Assembly (NCBI GenBank): GCA_963794525.1
Contig: CAWCEC010000004.1
Span: 81,222 to 145,221, forward strand
DNA from: an uncultured Chloroflexia bacterium
Lineage (GTDB): Bacteria; Chloroflexota; Limnocylindria; Limnocylindrales; CSP1-4
Direction: 5' to 3'
DNA length: 64,000 nucleotides
The notes under the pieces were generated by a model. That model made no database searches. It was not told the origin of the DNA and saw only the letters and a list, made by a program, of their open reading frames with translations. Positions 31,241 to 42,434 of this stretch are shown piece after piece. Numbering within the stretch: the first letter of the stretch is position 1; each line of letters begins with the position of its first letter. A program made the position numbers and the translations under genes.

Positions 31241-32308
31241 TCAGGCGTCGAGCGGAAGCGCCACCGCCGCGCCACTCGCCGCCGAGCGGTCGGCCGCCTC
31301 GACCATCTCGACGGCCGCGCGCCCGTCGCGTCCGGTGACGACCGGCGGACGACCCTCGCGGATGGCTCCCGCGAAGTCCTCGACCTGTGCGGCGAACCCC
31401 TTGAGCCGGTTCGGATCGAGGTAATCGCCCAGGAAGTCGAACGTCGCCTGCTCGGCCACGACTCGCCAGTCCGAGCCGGACCCGAGCCGGACCTGGCCGT
31501 AGTGATCGGCTTCGATGATGCCGGCCGATCCGATGATGCGCGTCCAGTCGTTGGGCGCGAGGCCGGGCTCCGGTGTCTCGTAGGTCATGAGCATCTGCAC
31601 CATGACGCCGTTCGCCATCCGGTACTGGACCATCGCGGACATGTCCACGGGCGGCGGTTGCCCATACGTCCGGTAGTCGGCGAACGCCAGCACGGCCTCC
31701 GAGCCGGTGAGCCAGCGGACGGCGTCCGTCTCGTGCACGCCCCAATCGAGGAACTGCGACCCCTCGGCCGGATCGAACGCCCACGCCTTCTTGGGGATGA
31801 TGACCCGCCCGGTGGCCTCGTCCACGATGTCCTCGAGCAGGAACGAGGTCCACGTGCCCTGCATCTGGATCATCCGGATGTCCCCGATCGCGCCGTCGTC
31901 CACGAGGCCCTTCATGGCCAGCGGCGCATCCCGGAAGCGGGTGACGAAGTTGACCGTGAGGACCACGCCCGCGTCGGCGCAGGCATCGATGATCGCGTCG
32001 CAGGCTGCCACCGACACCGCCATGGGCTTCTCGATATAGACGTGTTTCCCCGCCGCGGCCGCGGCCAGTGCCTGGGGCAGGTGGGCCCGGTGCGGCGACG
32101 TGATGACGACCGCCTCGATCTCGGGGCGCCCGAGGAGGTCGTCGAGCGACGCATCGGCGGCGACACCGAATTCGTCTGCGACGGCATGCGCACGGCGGCC
32201 TCCCCAGATCGACACGAGCTCGGCCTTGGGAACATGCCGGGTCAGGCACGCGGCGTAGGTACGCCCCATGTAACCGGAGCCGATCACGCCAATGCCGACC
32301 GGACGCAT
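31241..32308 (-). CDS. Gfo/Idh/MocA oxidoreductase
   Basis: GVIGSGYMG, GKHVYIEKPM, FLDWGVH. Confidence 0.92.
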   Translation of the reverse strand: MRPVGIGVIGSGYMGRTYAACLTRHVPKAELVSIWGGRRAHAVADEFGVAADASLDDLLGRPEIEAVVITSPHRAHLPQALAAAAAGKHVYIEKPMAVSVAACDAIIDACADAGVVLTVNFVTRFRDAPLAMKGLVDDGAIGDIRMIQMQGTWTSFLLEDIVDEATGRVIIPKKAWAFDPAEGSQFLDWGVHETDAVRWLTGSEAVLAFADYRTYGQPPPVDMSAMVQYRMANGVMVQMLMTYETPEPGLAPNDWTRIIGSAGIIEADHYGQVRLGSGSDWRVVAEQATFDFLGDYLDPNRLKGFAAQVEDFAGAIREGRPPVVTGRDGRAAVEMVEAADRSAASGAAVALPLDA

Positions 32309-33033
32309 CAGGGCGTGTCGTCCGTCGCAGCGGCTGCCGACAGGTCGACTCCCCGAACGAGTTCATCGACCTTGCCCCCGAGCCGGACGGGGTCGCCGGG
32401 CAGATCCTCGGGCGGTGGCAGCCGACGGAACGGGACGGCGAACACCGCATCGAATGCCTCGGCATGACGCGACGGCCAGCCGATATCGAGGGCGTAGCGC
32501 AGGCCCTGGCCGACTTCCCACTCGACCAGATCGCGCGGCCATTCGTCCTCGAGGCCACGCGTCATGACCGCGGCCAGCTCCACCTTCCTCGCGACGACAT
32601 CGGTCGGCAGGTCGATCCAGACGTTCGGCCGGAACTCGAGCGTGGTCGACGCGATCGGAAAGCGCAGGACCCGGCTTCGAGTCGCGAACGTGCCGGCAAG
32701 ATCGACGGCGTCGAGCAGGACGCGCCCGGTGGTCGTGTGGTCTGCCGTCCAGTCCCCGCTCGCCGGGGGCCCGAAGACGTACGTGGGCCGACGCACCCGT
32801 AGGATCTCGGCCAGCGCCTCCTTCACCCGCTGAGCATGATCCGAGATCCGGTGGTACGGCGCGTCGAGGAACTCGATCGACGCACCGAACGCGGCGGCGA
32901 CATCCCGTGCGGCCGATTGCTGGATCGAGGACACGGCCACGATGTGGATGTCGTCGTCGGCGTGTGTCAGGAGCGTGCCGCCGAGGCCGTAGATGAAGTC
33001 ATCGGTGTGCGGCGTGACGACCAGGATGTCCAC
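32308..33033 (-). CDS. PIG-L/LmbE family N-deacetylase
   Basis: ILVVTPHTDD..YGLGGTL, second motif WTADH, C-terminal HAEAF; GGAGG RBS. Confidence 0.8.
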   Translation of the reverse strand: MDILVVTPHTDDFIYGLGGTLLTHADDDIHIVAVSSIQQSAARDVAAAFGASIEFLDAPYHRISDHAQRVKEALAEILRVRRPTYVFGPPASGDWTADHTTTGRVLLDAVDLAGTFATRSRVLRFPIASTTLEFRPNVWIDLPTDVVARKVELAAVMTRGLEDEWPRDLVEWEVGQGLRYALDIGWPSRHAEAFDAVFAVPFRRLPPPEDLPGDPVRLGGKVDELVRGVDLSAAAATDDTP

Positions 33034-33068
33034 TGCTTGCCTCCGCGTGTCGTGCCGGGTCGGAACCG

Positions 33069-33998
33069 TCAGGCGCCGTCGGGCTCGAGCCAGTCGCGGT
33101 ACCCCTCGAGGAGATACGTGCGACAGGCGCGATAGTCGTCGTCGGTGAAGCCCTGGTACGGGGACAGGAGTCGCAGCGGGAAGTCGGGCAGCATCCCGAG
33201 CTTGACCAGCATCTTGTCGTAGGCCCCGTCCATGTGGGGACCGGGCGCAGGCTGGGCCCACAACCCCGTGCTCATCGCCTGGAAGTCGTGTTGCAGGCGC
33301 ATCAGCTCGCCGACGTCGCGGGTCCGTCCCGCCTCGAACAGCGCGAGGGTCATGTGCGGCGAGAGCTCAGCGTACGACGCCAGCAGCGAACACTCCCCGA
33401 ACATCGAGCCGTGCGGGAAATTGCCCTCGCCCATGAAATGCTGGAGCTCGCCCGACTGGCTGATGAGCTCCTCCGCCGCGGCGATCCCCCCGCCGGTCGT
33501 CTTGGTCGCCACGAGGTTGGGGACCTCCGCGATGATCCGCGCGTAGTCCCGACCCGTCAGGACCCGCTTCGTCCGCGGCAGGTTGTAGTTGAGGAAACGC
33601 GACTCTGGGAAGCGACCGCAGGTATCGGCGAAGAAGCGCAGCAGCTCGTCGTCGTTGACCGGTCCCCACGACGGCAGGGAGATCTGGAACATCCGGAACC
33701 CGACGTCGTGGGCGTACTCGATGCGTTCCACGATCTGGGCGGTCGAGAGCCCGATCACGCCGACCATCGCGCTCGCGTCCGGGACGCGGGTCTCCTCGTA
33801 GAAGACTTCGACGACGCGACGGAACCGACGGGTGTCGACGGCGTATCCCTCGCCACCGGTCCCGAACACGTACACGTGCCGGAAGCCGGCCGCGAAGACC
33901 TGCCGGACCTCTTCGCGGAAGAGCTCCTCGACGAGCTCGAACCGCTCGTCCCACGGCGAGGGGCAGGCGACCAGGATCGCCTGCGGATAGCGCGCCAT
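33069..33998 (-). CDS. Dihydrodipicolinate synthase/N-acetylneuraminate lyase family aldolase or dehydratase
   Basis: FGTGGEG, YNLP, VATK (Schiff-base lysine), TIM-barrel length. Confidence 0.83.
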   Translation of the reverse strand: MARYPQAILVACPSPWDERFELVEELFREEVRQVFAAGFRHVYVFGTGGEGYAVDTRRFRRVVEVFYEETRVPDASAMVGVIGLSTAQIVERIEYAHDVGFRMFQISLPSWGPVNDDELLRFFADTCGRFPESRFLNYNLPRTKRVLTGRDYARIIAEVPNLVATKTTGGGIAAAEELISQSGELQHFMGEGNFPHGSMFGECSLLASYAELSPHMTLALFEAGRTRDVGELMRLQHDFQAMSTGLWAQPAPGPHMDGAYDKMLVKLGMLPDFPLRLLSPYQGFTDDDYRACRTYLLEGYRDWLEPDGA

Positions 33999-34999
33999 CA
34001 GCCGGACGCCGGGATCCGTCCGGCATCCTCGAGCAGCCCGAGAACGTAGCCGGCCGCGAGTCGATGCAGGTCCTGGGCCGCCTCGCGTGAGGAGGCCGCG
34101 ACGTGCGGGGTGAGGATGACGTTGGGCAGACCGATCAACGGGTCCGGCTGGGTCGGCGGCTCGCTCGCCCGAACGTCGAGGGCGGCGACCGCGACGCGTC
34201 CATCGCGCAGGGCGTCGGCCAGCGCGAGCTCGTCGATGTGACCGCCGCGCGCGACGTTGACGAGGATCAGGCCCCACCGGCTGCGCTCGAGCGCAGCGCG
34301 AGAGATCAGGGGTGGCGCACCCGGCGACAGCGCGGCGCAGATCACGATCGCATCCGACCGGGCGAGCAGCTCGTCGAAGTCGGCCAGCTCGAGCTCGTCG
34401 TCGCCCGTCGCGTCGATGAACGGGTCGTATGCGATCGTCCGAAATCCGAACCCGCGCGCCTTCCGAGCGACCAGCCGTCCGGTCCGTCCGGCGCCGGCGA
34501 TCCCCAGGGTCTGGCCGCGCAAGCGATGGATCCCGGCGATCTGCGTCCGATCGCGCAACGGCCATTCCCCGAGCGCCGTGGCAGTGGCGATCGGCAGGAG
34601 GCGGCGCTGCGCCGCCAGTAGCAGGGTCAGCGCATGATCGGTGACCTCATCCGTGCAGTAATCCGGCACGTTCCGCACGGGGATGCGGGCCGCGCCAGCG
34701 GCAGTGCTGTCCACCTTGTCCATGCCGATGCTGTAGCAGAGGATCCCGGCACACCGCTCCAGGCTGGCGATGCGATCGGCGTCGAGCCGTCGGACACCGG
34801 TGACGATGACGGCATCGGCGCCGCGGATCGCTGCGTCCGCGGCCGCATCGTCCGCCGGGACGGCCAGGTCCACACCGCGGTCCGCCAGGACGCCGGCCTC
34901 CGCGTCGAACGACCAATCGCCCGGGATCGGATCGAAGACCACGACGCTCGGACGGCCGCCATGACCGGTTCCCGTCGACGGCGTCGCAGTCGCGGTCAA
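33998..34999 (-). CDS. D-isomer 2-hydroxyacid dehydrogenase (CtBP-like)
   Basis: IGMDKVD, NVPDYCTDEV, GAGRTG, VNVARG, LDV..EP, LTPHVA. Confidence 0.9.
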   Translation of the reverse strand: MTATATPSTGTGHGGRPSVVVFDPIPGDWSFDAEAGVLADRGVDLAVPADDAAADAAIRGADAVIVTGVRRLDADRIASLERCAGILCYSIGMDKVDSTAAGAARIPVRNVPDYCTDEVTDHALTLLLAAQRRLLPIATATALGEWPLRDRTQIAGIHRLRGQTLGIAGAGRTGRLVARKARGFGFRTIAYDPFIDATGDDELELADFDELLARSDAIVICAALSPGAPPLISRAALERSRWGLILVNVARGGHIDELALADALRDGRVAVAALDVRASEPPTQPDPLIGLPNVILTPHVAASSREAAQDLHRLAAGYVLGLLEDAGRIPASG

Positions 35000-35009
35000 C
35001 CTGCCACCG

Positions 35010-36363
35010 TCACGATGCCGCGACCCGGGACGGCGAGGCTGGCGCTCGAGGGACGCCGTACATCGCCAGGTCACGCAGGACGTCCTCGGCCGCCTGGAGC
35101 ATGCGGGCGACGTCCTCATCCGTGTGGGCGGCCATGAGGTGGTTGCGCTTGAGATTGAGCGGAAGCATCAGGAACCCGCGCTCGGTCATGCCCCGATGGA
35201 ACGCGACATACAGGTCCGCGTCGCTGGTCAATGCGTCATCGAACGAGCGGACCTCACCTTCCGTGAAATAGCACACGAAGACCGAGCCGAAGCTCGTCGG
35301 CTGGGCGACCAGTCCGACTCGGTCGACGATGCCCTGGAGCTCCGTCTCGATCATCTGCCCGAGCCGAAAGAGGCGGCGGTGGATGGCTCGGTCGTCGGCC
35401 TCGAGGATCTCGATCGTCGCAAGTGCAGCGGCGAGCGACATGGGATGCCCGTTGTAGGTCCCGCCGAACATCACGCTGCCCTCGGGCCGCGTGTTGAACC
35501 GCTCCATCAGGTCGGCCCGGCCGCACAGGACGGCCAGGGGATAGCCATTGGCGATCGCCTTGGCGAACGTGGTGAGGTCGGGTTTCACGCCACAGATCGC
35601 CTGGTAGCCACCCAGGTCGTGTCGAAAGCCGGTGACCACCTCGTCGAAGATCAGGACCGTGCCAGCCTCGGTAGTGGTGCGCCGCAGGGCGGCCATGAAG
35701 TCGTCGGTCGGGACGACGCAGCCGATCGTGTGGATGACCGGCTCGAGGATGACGGCGGCGATCTCGTGGCCGCGCTCTCGCATCAACGATCTCGAGGGCG
35801 TCGACGTCGTTGAACGGGAGGACGATCAGCCATTCGAGGGCCTGGGGCAGGATCCCGGCCGAGATGGGGTCGATGGTCCCGACGCGGTCCGGCCGGCTGA
35901 TCACGTTGGCGCCGATGTAGTCGTGCCAGCCGTGGTAACAGCCCTGGAACTTCACCATGAATCGGCGACCGGTCGCAGCCCGCGACACGCGGATCGCGTG
36001 GTAGGTGGCCTCGGAACCGCTGTTCGAGTAGAGCACCCGCTCCGCTGAGGGGACGTGCTCGCGGATCTTCTCGGCGAGCTGGATCTCCAGCTCGTTGGAT
36101 CCCGCGCCGACGACGTCGAGCTCGGCCGCGGTCTCCATGGCGCGCTCCCGGACTCGGTCGTCGGCGTGGCCCAGGATGATCGGGCCGAACCCGGCATGGA
36201 AATCGACGTACTCGCGACCGTCGGCATCCCACATCCGACCGCCTCGCGCGCGCGTGAACACCAACGGTGGGTCGAGGAACCGGAGGCTCGATGACACGCC
36301 GCCGGGGATCAGCCCCTGGGCGCGGGCCGCGAGCGCCGCCGAACGCCCGTTGGCGGATGTCAC
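35010..36363 (-). CDS. Class III aminotransferase (glutamate-1-semialdehyde aminomutase-like); frameshifted near 35790
   Basis: IPGGVSS, WDADGREYVDF, NSGSEAT, FQGCYHG, ILEPV, IFDEVVTGFR, FAKAIANG, GTYNGHP. Confidence 0.9.
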
Positions 36364-36390
36364 GTATGGACGCTCGTACGGCCTCGATTG

Positions 36391-36408
36391 TACATTGTCG
36401 ACAATCTA
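36391..36408. promoter_or_regulatory. GntR operator TACATTGTCGACAATCTA
   Basis: One mismatch to the 18-mer; overlaps the minus-strand -10 TAGATT, with TTGACG at 36432-36427 (18-bp spacer). Confidence 0.85.
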
Positions 36409-36457
36409 CGTGTGGATGCTCGCGTCCGTCAAGGTCGGATACCGGAATCCAGCGGGT

Positions 36458-36499
36458 TTGACACGCCGAAAGTCGGCTCGTAGGTTTGTCGACAATCTA
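36458..36499 (+). promoter_or_regulatory. Sigma70-type promoter TTGACA-N17-TAGGTT with overlapping operator TTGTCGACAATCTA
   Basis: -35 at 36458, -10 at 36481, operator core 36486-36495; GGAGG RBS and ALDH ATG at 36532 follow. Confidence 0.82.
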
Positions 36500-36531
36500 C
36501 ATAACGTCGGACGGGCGATGGAGGCACAGCG

Positions 36532-38015
36532 ATGGCGATCGTCGAGCGTACCGGGACAGTCTCCCATTTCATCGCCGGATCGAGATCAGCCCTCCGCGTC
36601 AGGACGGACGTTCGCCTCCATCGATCCATCGACCGGCGAAGAGATCGCCCAGGTGGCCTTCGGCGAGGCCGAGGACGTCGATCGAGCCGTGGCCGCCGGC
36701 CGCGCCGCCTTCGAATCCGGGGCGTGGTCGAAGGCGTCGCCGGGCCATCGAGCGACCGTCCTCCGACGCCTGGCCGACCTCATCCGCGACAACGCGGATC
36801 GCATCGGTGCGATCGAATCGCGCGATACCGGCAAGCCGCGTCGCGCAGGCGACCGGCGAGGTCATCCTGGGCGCGGACTTCGTGACCTATTTCGCCGGGC
36901 ACGCCGAGCTTCCGAACGGGCGTACTCACCCGGCCGACGCCGGCTATTTCGTGTATTCCGTGCGCGAGCCCTATGGCGTGGTCGGGGCGATCAGCCCGTG
37001 GAACTACCCGTTCCTGCTCGCGTGCTGGAAGACGGCGCCGGCGCTGGCGAGCGGCAACTCGGTCGTCATCAAGATGGCCGAGCAGACGCCGCTGTCGACG
37101 CTCGAGCTCGGGCGGCTCACGGTCGAGGCGGGCATGCCCGACGGCGTGTTCAACGTGGTCCACGGCGACGGCCCGACGACCGGGGCGGCCCTCGTCGCGC
37201 ACCCGGACGTGCCCAAGCTGACCTTCACGGGATCCACCGCGACCGGGCAGGCGATCCTGCGGTCGGCCGCCGACCACATCAAGAGCGTCCACCTCGAGCT
37301 CGGCGGCAAGACACCCAACATCGTCTTCAGCGACGCCGACATGGAGCAGGCGATCTCGGGCTCGCTGTTCACGGCCTTCTACAACACCGGGCAGATCTGC
37401 ACGAGCGGTTCGCGGCTGCTGGTGCAGCGCAAGGACGCCGACCGGGTCATCGACGGCTTCGTCGAGCGGGCACGCAACATCAAGGTGGGTGACCCGGGCG
37501 ACGCGTCCACGCAGCTCGGCCCGCTGATCAGCGAAGAGCAGTACGAGCGCGTCACCGGGTACATCGAGGAGGGCCGTCGTGGCGGCGCGCGCGTGGCTCT
37601 CGGTGGCGGTCGGCCACAGGTCCCCGTCGCAGGCGGGTACTACGTCGAGCCGACCATCTTCGTGGACGTCACGCCGGACATGCGCATCGCCAAGGAGGAG
37701 ATCTTCGGGCCGGTCCTCTCTGTGCTCACGTTCGACGACGAGGACGAGGCCATCCGCATCGCCAACGACGTCATGTACGGCCTGGCGGCGACGGTCTGGA
37801 CCACCGATCTCGGCCGCGCGTTCCGGGTCGCGGAGCGGATCGATGCCGGGATCATCTGGACCAACTGCCCGCACTACCTGCCGGTCAACGTCCCCTACGA
37901 GGGCCACAAGATGTCGGGCCTGGGCGAGGACCTCGGCGTCGAGGCGCTCAACACCTTCACGCATCTCAAGACCCACTGCGTGAATTTCGGCGGCGCAAAG
38001 ATGGAATGGGCCTGA
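36532..38015 (+). CDS. Aldehyde dehydrogenase; frameshifted near 36585 and 36840
   Basis: ISPWNYP, KMAE, FTGS, LELGGK, GQICTSGSR (catalytic Cys), EEIFGPV, YGLAA. Confidence 0.92.
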
Positions 38016-39097
38016 TCGCCGCGGATCCGCTGGCCCGGATCCGGGAGGAGTTCCGGCCGGGCGAGGGCATCACCTACCTCGACACGGCGACGTACGGGCT
38101 GCCGCCCCGGGCGACGGTCGAGGCGCTCGAAGGCGCGCTCCGCGCCTGGCAGGCCGGCACTGCCGACTGGCAGCGTGACTGGGACGAACCGAGCGATCAG
38201 GCGCCGCGCGACTTCGCGTCGCTGATCGGCGCGCCGCCCGACACGATCGCCACGATCCCTGCGGCGTCGGTGGGCACGGGGCTGGTGGCCGGGTTGCTTG
38301 GGCCCGGTGACGAGGTCGTGACGCCCGCCGATGAGTTCACCTCGACCCTGTTCCCACTGCTCGTCGCCAAGGAGCGCGGGGCTGACATCCGGGAGGTCGC
38401 GTTCGACGACGTGGCCGCCTCGATCGGTCCGTCCACGCGGATGGTCGCGTTGAGCCTCGTCCAGATGCAGACCGGGCGCGTCGCCGACATGGCGGCCATC
38501 CTCGACGCAGCCGAACGTCACGGCGCCCGCGTGCTGGTCGACGGCACGCAGGGGATCCCGTTCGTGCCGCTCGACGGCATGATCGAACGGATCGACTATC
38601 TGGTCTGCTCGGCCTATAAACACCTCCTCTCGCCGCGCGGCACGGGCTACCTGTACGTGCGCCGCGACCGGTGGGACGAGCTCCAGCCGGCCAACGCCAA
38701 CTGGCGGGCGGCCGACCAGCCGTACGCCAGGTATTTCGGCGGGCCGCTGACGCTCGCCCCGGATGCCCGCCGCTTCGATGTCTCGCGCGGCTGGTTGCCG
38801 TGGGTCGGCGCGACGACGTCGCTCCGGCTCCTGGCCGATTGGCGGACGACCGGTGCGTTCGATGCCGTCCGACGTCTCGCGGAGGGGCTCGCGGCGCGCC
38901 TCGAGGTGCCATGGTTCGGCAGCTCGCTCGTGTGTGCGCCGCTGGCCGATGGCGAGGCCGCCCGGAGCGCGCTGGCCGCCGCCGGGATCCGCGCGTCCGT
39001 CCGTGGCACGGCGATCCGCTTCGCGGTCCACGTCTACACGACCGAGGCGGACCTGGATCGAGCGGCGGAAGCGATCGCTCCCTTCAGGGAGGGCTGA
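38006..39097 (+). CDS. Class V PLP-dependent enzyme (cysteine desulfurase/kynureninase-like)
   Basis: YLDTATYG, EFTS, VDGTQ, SAYKHLLSPRG, RFAVHVY; no desulfurase Cys motif seen. Confidence 0.83.
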   Translation: MGLIAADPLARIREEFRPGEGITYLDTATYGLPPRATVEALEGALRAWQAGTADWQRDWDEPSDQAPRDFASLIGAPPDTIATIPAASVGTGLVAGLLGPGDEVVTPADEFTSTLFPLLVAKERGADIREVAFDDVAASIGPSTRMVALSLVQMQTGRVADMAAILDAAERHGARVLVDGTQGIPFVPLDGMIERIDYLVCSAYKHLLSPRGTGYLYVRRDRWDELQPANANWRAADQPYARYFGGPLTLAPDARRFDVSRGWLPWVGATTSLRLLADWRTTGAFDAVRRLAEGLAARLEVPWFGSSLVCAPLADGEAARSALAAAGIRASVRGTAIRFAVHVYTTEADLDRAAEAIAPFREG

Positions 39098-39184
39098 ATG
39101 GGGAGATGACCCCGACATCGCGGACGAGCCGGCCGGGCTGAGCGGCTCTCATCACACACCCGGACAGGTCAAAGGAGGCGGCAC

Positions 39185-40513
39185 ATGCGCAAGGACCTCG
39201 GACGAGAACAGGGTTGGCGTTCGTTCGCCCTGGTCGCAGTGACGGCCGTCGCGGTGACGGCCTGTACCGGTGGCGGCGCCACGACGGCACCAACGACCGT
39301 GCCGGCATCCGCTCCAGCGGCGTCGGCGGACGCCTCGGCGGGCACCGAAACGCTCTCCGGCAAGCTCCGGGTCGACTTCCTCGCGTACGACGCGAAGATG
39401 CAGCCCTGGGTCGACCAGATGAAGACCGAGTTCAACGCGTTGCATCCGGATGTCGAGCTGACGCTGGAGATCCCGAACCTTGATCAGTATCGCAATTCGC
39501 TGACGACGCAGGCCCAGGGCGAGAACCCACCCGACGTCGCGCAGATCGCCACGTCCTGGATGCCGGCTCTGGCCGACGGCGGCGTGCTGGACGACTGGGA
39601 GGCGGCGGGCTACAGCACGGACCTGCTGGGCCAGATGGAGCCGGCGCTCCGTGACGGAGCGAAGTACCAGGACACATTGTTCGGGCTGTCGTACGGCGCG
39701 TCCGCTCGGGCCGTCTTCTACAACACGGATGCGTTCACGACCGCGGGAATCACGGAACCGCCAGCCACGTGGGACACCTTCCTCGCGGCCATGCGCACGC
39801 TCAAGACGTCCGGTGCCGCGAAGGTGCCCTTCTTCTACGAAGGCAAGGGCCAGGAGGCGATGGCGGCCTGGTTCCCGTATGTGTACTTCGCCTACGGCGG
39901 CGAGTTGACGGATGCGAGTGGCAAGCTCGCGATCGACCAGGCCGCCTGCGTGAGCGGCCTCACGGTCTGGGACACGATGAACAAGGAAGGGCTCTTCGAG
40001 GAGAACGTCACGGCCGCCGACTTCACGGCGCAGAGCAAGGCGATGTCGAGCGGTGATGCCGCCACGACCATCAGCGGTCCGTGGGGCGCCGCCTGGTTCG
40101 CTCCCGACCAATCGACCGAGAAGTATTCGACCTTCCCGATCCCGGCGGGCACCACGCAGGCGACGGTCGGCGTGACCGATGTGTACGTGCTCTTCAAGGA
40201 CAGCCAGAACAAGGACGCGGCCATCGCCTTCACTGAGTTCCTCATGGACCCGGACCGGAATCTCCAATTCGTGAAGGACCGCGGCTTCCTGCCCATCTAC
40301 TCGTCGCAGTTCTCGCTACCCGACTTCCAGGAGGGCCCGCTCAAGGCATTCACCGACGCGCTCGCAGGTGCCAAGTTCATCCCGTTGAACGCGGCGTGGA
40401 CGCAGTTCGACAAGATCGGAACGGACGCGATCACCGCGATGTTCCTGGACAAGAGCGGGCCGGACAAGGCGTGCCAGGCGATGGTCGACGGGCTCGCAGG
40501 CATCCAGCAGTAG
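39185..40513 (+). CDS. Carbohydrate ABC transporter substrate-binding lipoprotein (CUT1)
   Basis: Lipobox AVTAC, Ala/Pro/Thr linker, PPDVA, FYNTDAF..AGITEPPATWD, SGPW; AAAGGAGG RBS. Confidence 0.92.
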   Translation: MRKDLGREQGWRSFALVAVTAVAVTACTGGGATTAPTTVPASAPAASADASAGTETLSGKLRVDFLAYDAKMQPWVDQMKTEFNALHPDVELTLEIPNLDQYRNSLTTQAQGENPPDVAQIATSWMPALADGGVLDDWEAAGYSTDLLGQMEPALRDGAKYQDTLFGLSYGASARAVFYNTDAFTTAGITEPPATWDTFLAAMRTLKTSGAAKVPFFYEGKGQEAMAAWFPYVYFAYGGELTDASGKLAIDQAACVSGLTVWDTMNKEGLFEENVTAADFTAQSKAMSSGDAATTISGPWGAAWFAPDQSTEKYSTFPIPAGTTQATVGVTDVYVLFKDSQNKDAAIAFTEFLMDPDRNLQFVKDRGFLPIYSSQFSLPDFQEGPLKAFTDALAGAKFIPLNAAWTQFDKIGTDAITAMFLDKSGPDKACQAMVDGLAGIQQ

Positions 40514-40540
40514 GAGCCCCTGCACCGGCCGAGGACGTCG

Positions 40541-41500
40541 ATGGCCAGCGCACGGACCACCACGCCGCTCGTCACTGGATCGCGCGCCCCTGCGTCGACG
40601 TCCCCGGTCGCAGGGTCGCGCCGGCGGCGAAGGCGCCGTTTCGATAGCGCGTACCTGTTCCTGCTTCCGGCAGCCGTGCTGCTGCTGTTCGTCTTCGGCT
40701 ACCCGACGGTCCAATCCGTCCTGCTGTCCGTCCAGCGCAACAAGGGCATTCGCGACCCCGGGCAGTTCATCGGGCTCGACAACTTCGTCGAGTTGTGGAA
40801 CAAACCCGTGTTCTGGCAGGTCACCTGGCAGACCTTCGTGTGGACGGTCGGAGTCGTGGCCATCACGACCGTGCTCGCCTACACCCTGGCCCTGATCCTC
40901 AACCAGCGGTTCCGGGGCAAGGCCATCTTTCGAACGATCGTCATCCTGCCGGCGGCGACGTCGCTCGCGGTCTCGGCGATGGTCTGGAAATTCGCATTCG
41001 ACCCGAACGGCCTCGTGAACCACACGCTTTCGGGCTTCGGGGGGACGGACGATGGCATCCCATGGCTCGCCGACAACCCGCAGGCGATGGCCGCGATCAT
41101 CTTCGTCGGGATCCTCGTGTCGGTGCCGCTGACCGGCGTGATGATCGCCGCCGCGATGCGCAGCATCCCGCGTGACCTGTACGAGGCCGCCGGGATCGAT
41201 GGAGCGAGCCGCCTCGCTCAGATGTTCCGGATCACGCTCCCGCTGACGCGCACGATGCTCCTCATCACCGTGCTGGCGAACTTCGTCGTGGCGTTCAACT
41301 CGTTCCCCATCATCTTCGTGATGACGAACGGGGGACCGATCAACCGGACCGACATCCTTGCCACGTACTTGTACCAGCAGGGCTTCCAGATCCTGAATTT
41401 CGGGCTCGCATCGGCGCTCGCCGTCGTCGTCCTCGCGATCCTGCTCGTCCTGAGCCTGGCATACGTGCACCTGCTGATCCATCGGACGAAGGTCGGCTGA
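40541..41500 (+). CDS. Carbohydrate ABC transporter permease
   Basis: FIGLDNF, EAA loop [15 protein letters not shown]. Confidence 0.93.
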   Translation: MASARTTTPLVTGSRAPASTSPVAGSRRRRRRRFDSAYLFLLPAAVLLLFVFGYPTVQSVLLSVQRNKGIRDPGQFIGLDNFVELWNKPVFWQVTWQTFVWTVGVVAITTVLAYTLALILNQRFRGKAIFRTIVILPAATSLAVSAMVWKFAFDPNGLVNHTLSGFGGTDDGIPWLADNPQAMAAIIFVGILVSVPLTGVMIAAAMRSIPRDLYEAAGIDGASRLAQMFRITLPLTRTMLLITVLANFVVAFNSFPIIFVMTNGGPINRTDILATYLYQQGFQILNFGLASALAVVVLAILLVLSLAYVHLLIHRTKVG

Positions 41501-42405
41501 TGGCCGTTCGAGCGCAGGTCGCCGCCGCCCCACCGCACGCTGCGCGGGCAGCGGCGACCCACCGCCGCGATCCGAACGCGCGGTCGCGCTGGATGAGCAC
41601 GGGGCTGTGGATCGGCATCGGCCTGTTCACGATCCTGTCGGCGTTCCCGTACCTGATCATGATCACGACAATGGTGAAGTCCGGCGCGGAGATGGCGCAG
41701 CCGACGCACTGGATCCCGCAGAACATCGATCTGTCCGCGATCTACGCCGCCCTGACCAGCGATGCCACGTGGACCTATATCAAGAACAGCTCGATCATCG
41801 CTGTCGGCCAGACGCTCATCGTCATGCTCGCGGGCGTCCCTGCCGCCTACGCCCTCGCTCGCCTCGAGTTCCGCGGTCGCAAGCCCTTCCTGGATCTCAT
41901 CCTCATCACGCAGATGTTCTCGCCGGTCGTCCTCCTCATCCCGTTGTTCCGCCTGTACAACGAGCTGGGGATGCTGGGGACGCTCCAGGGCGTGATCATC
42001 GCCGGATCGGCGTTCACGCTGCCATTCTCGATCTGGCTGCTGACCGGCTTCTTCCGCGCCATCCCCGTCGAGCTCGAGGAAGCGGCTCGGATCGACGGTT
42101 ACAACCGGATCGGGGTCCTCCTGCGGATCATCCTGCCCCTCTCGATACCCGGCCTGGTGGCGACCGCGATGTACGCCTTCATCATCGGCTGGAACGAATT
42201 CGTCTTCGCGGTGACCTTCCTTCCGGGCACGCCGGAGAACCAGCCGGTCACGGTCGGTGTGTTCATGAACATCGGGAAATGGGACATCGACTGGCAGCGC
42301 CTGATGTTCATGGCACTGCTCGGCACGGCGCCAGTCCTGGTGATCTTCGCCGCGATCCAGAAGCAGCTCGACCGCGGCTTCGCGTCGATCGCGTCGGGCC
42401 GCTGA
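41500..42405 (+). CDS. Carbohydrate ABC transporter permease
   Basis: [24 protein letters not shown]. Confidence 0.93.
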   Translation: MAVRAQVAAAPPHAARAAATHRRDPNARSRWMSTGLWIGIGLFTILSAFPYLIMITTMVKSGAEMAQPTHWIPQNIDLSAIYAALTSDATWTYIKNSSIIAVGQTLIVMLAGVPAAYALARLEFRGRKPFLDLILITQMFSPVVLLIPLFRLYNELGMLGTLQGVIIAGSAFTLPFSIWLLTGFFRAIPVELEEAARIDGYNRIGVLLRIILPLSIPGLVATAMYAFIIGWNEFVFAVTFLPGTPENQPVTVGVFMNIGKWDIDWQRLMFMALLGTAPVLVIFAAIQKQLDRGFASIASGR

Positions 42406-42434
42406 CCGGCGCCCGGATCGCATCAAGGAGTCCG

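Noticed and set aside
30105-32558. Long ORFs with Arg-rich N-terminal extensions (also 14018-16024, 19016-20893, 41607-43700, 58623-60266)
   Set aside because: Stop-poor shadow frames of high-GC DNA upstream of real starts, which have an RBS or overlap the previous stop.
39098-39184. Possible riboswitch or sRNA before the ABC operon, and likewise at 48710-48870
   Set aside because: Only weak GC hairpins (e.g. GAGCCG/CGGCTC); no aptamer consensus or U-tract terminator that I can support.
39270-39345. Ala/Thr/Pro/Ser low-complexity stretch in the binding protein
   Set aside because: An ordinary flexible lipoprotein tether.
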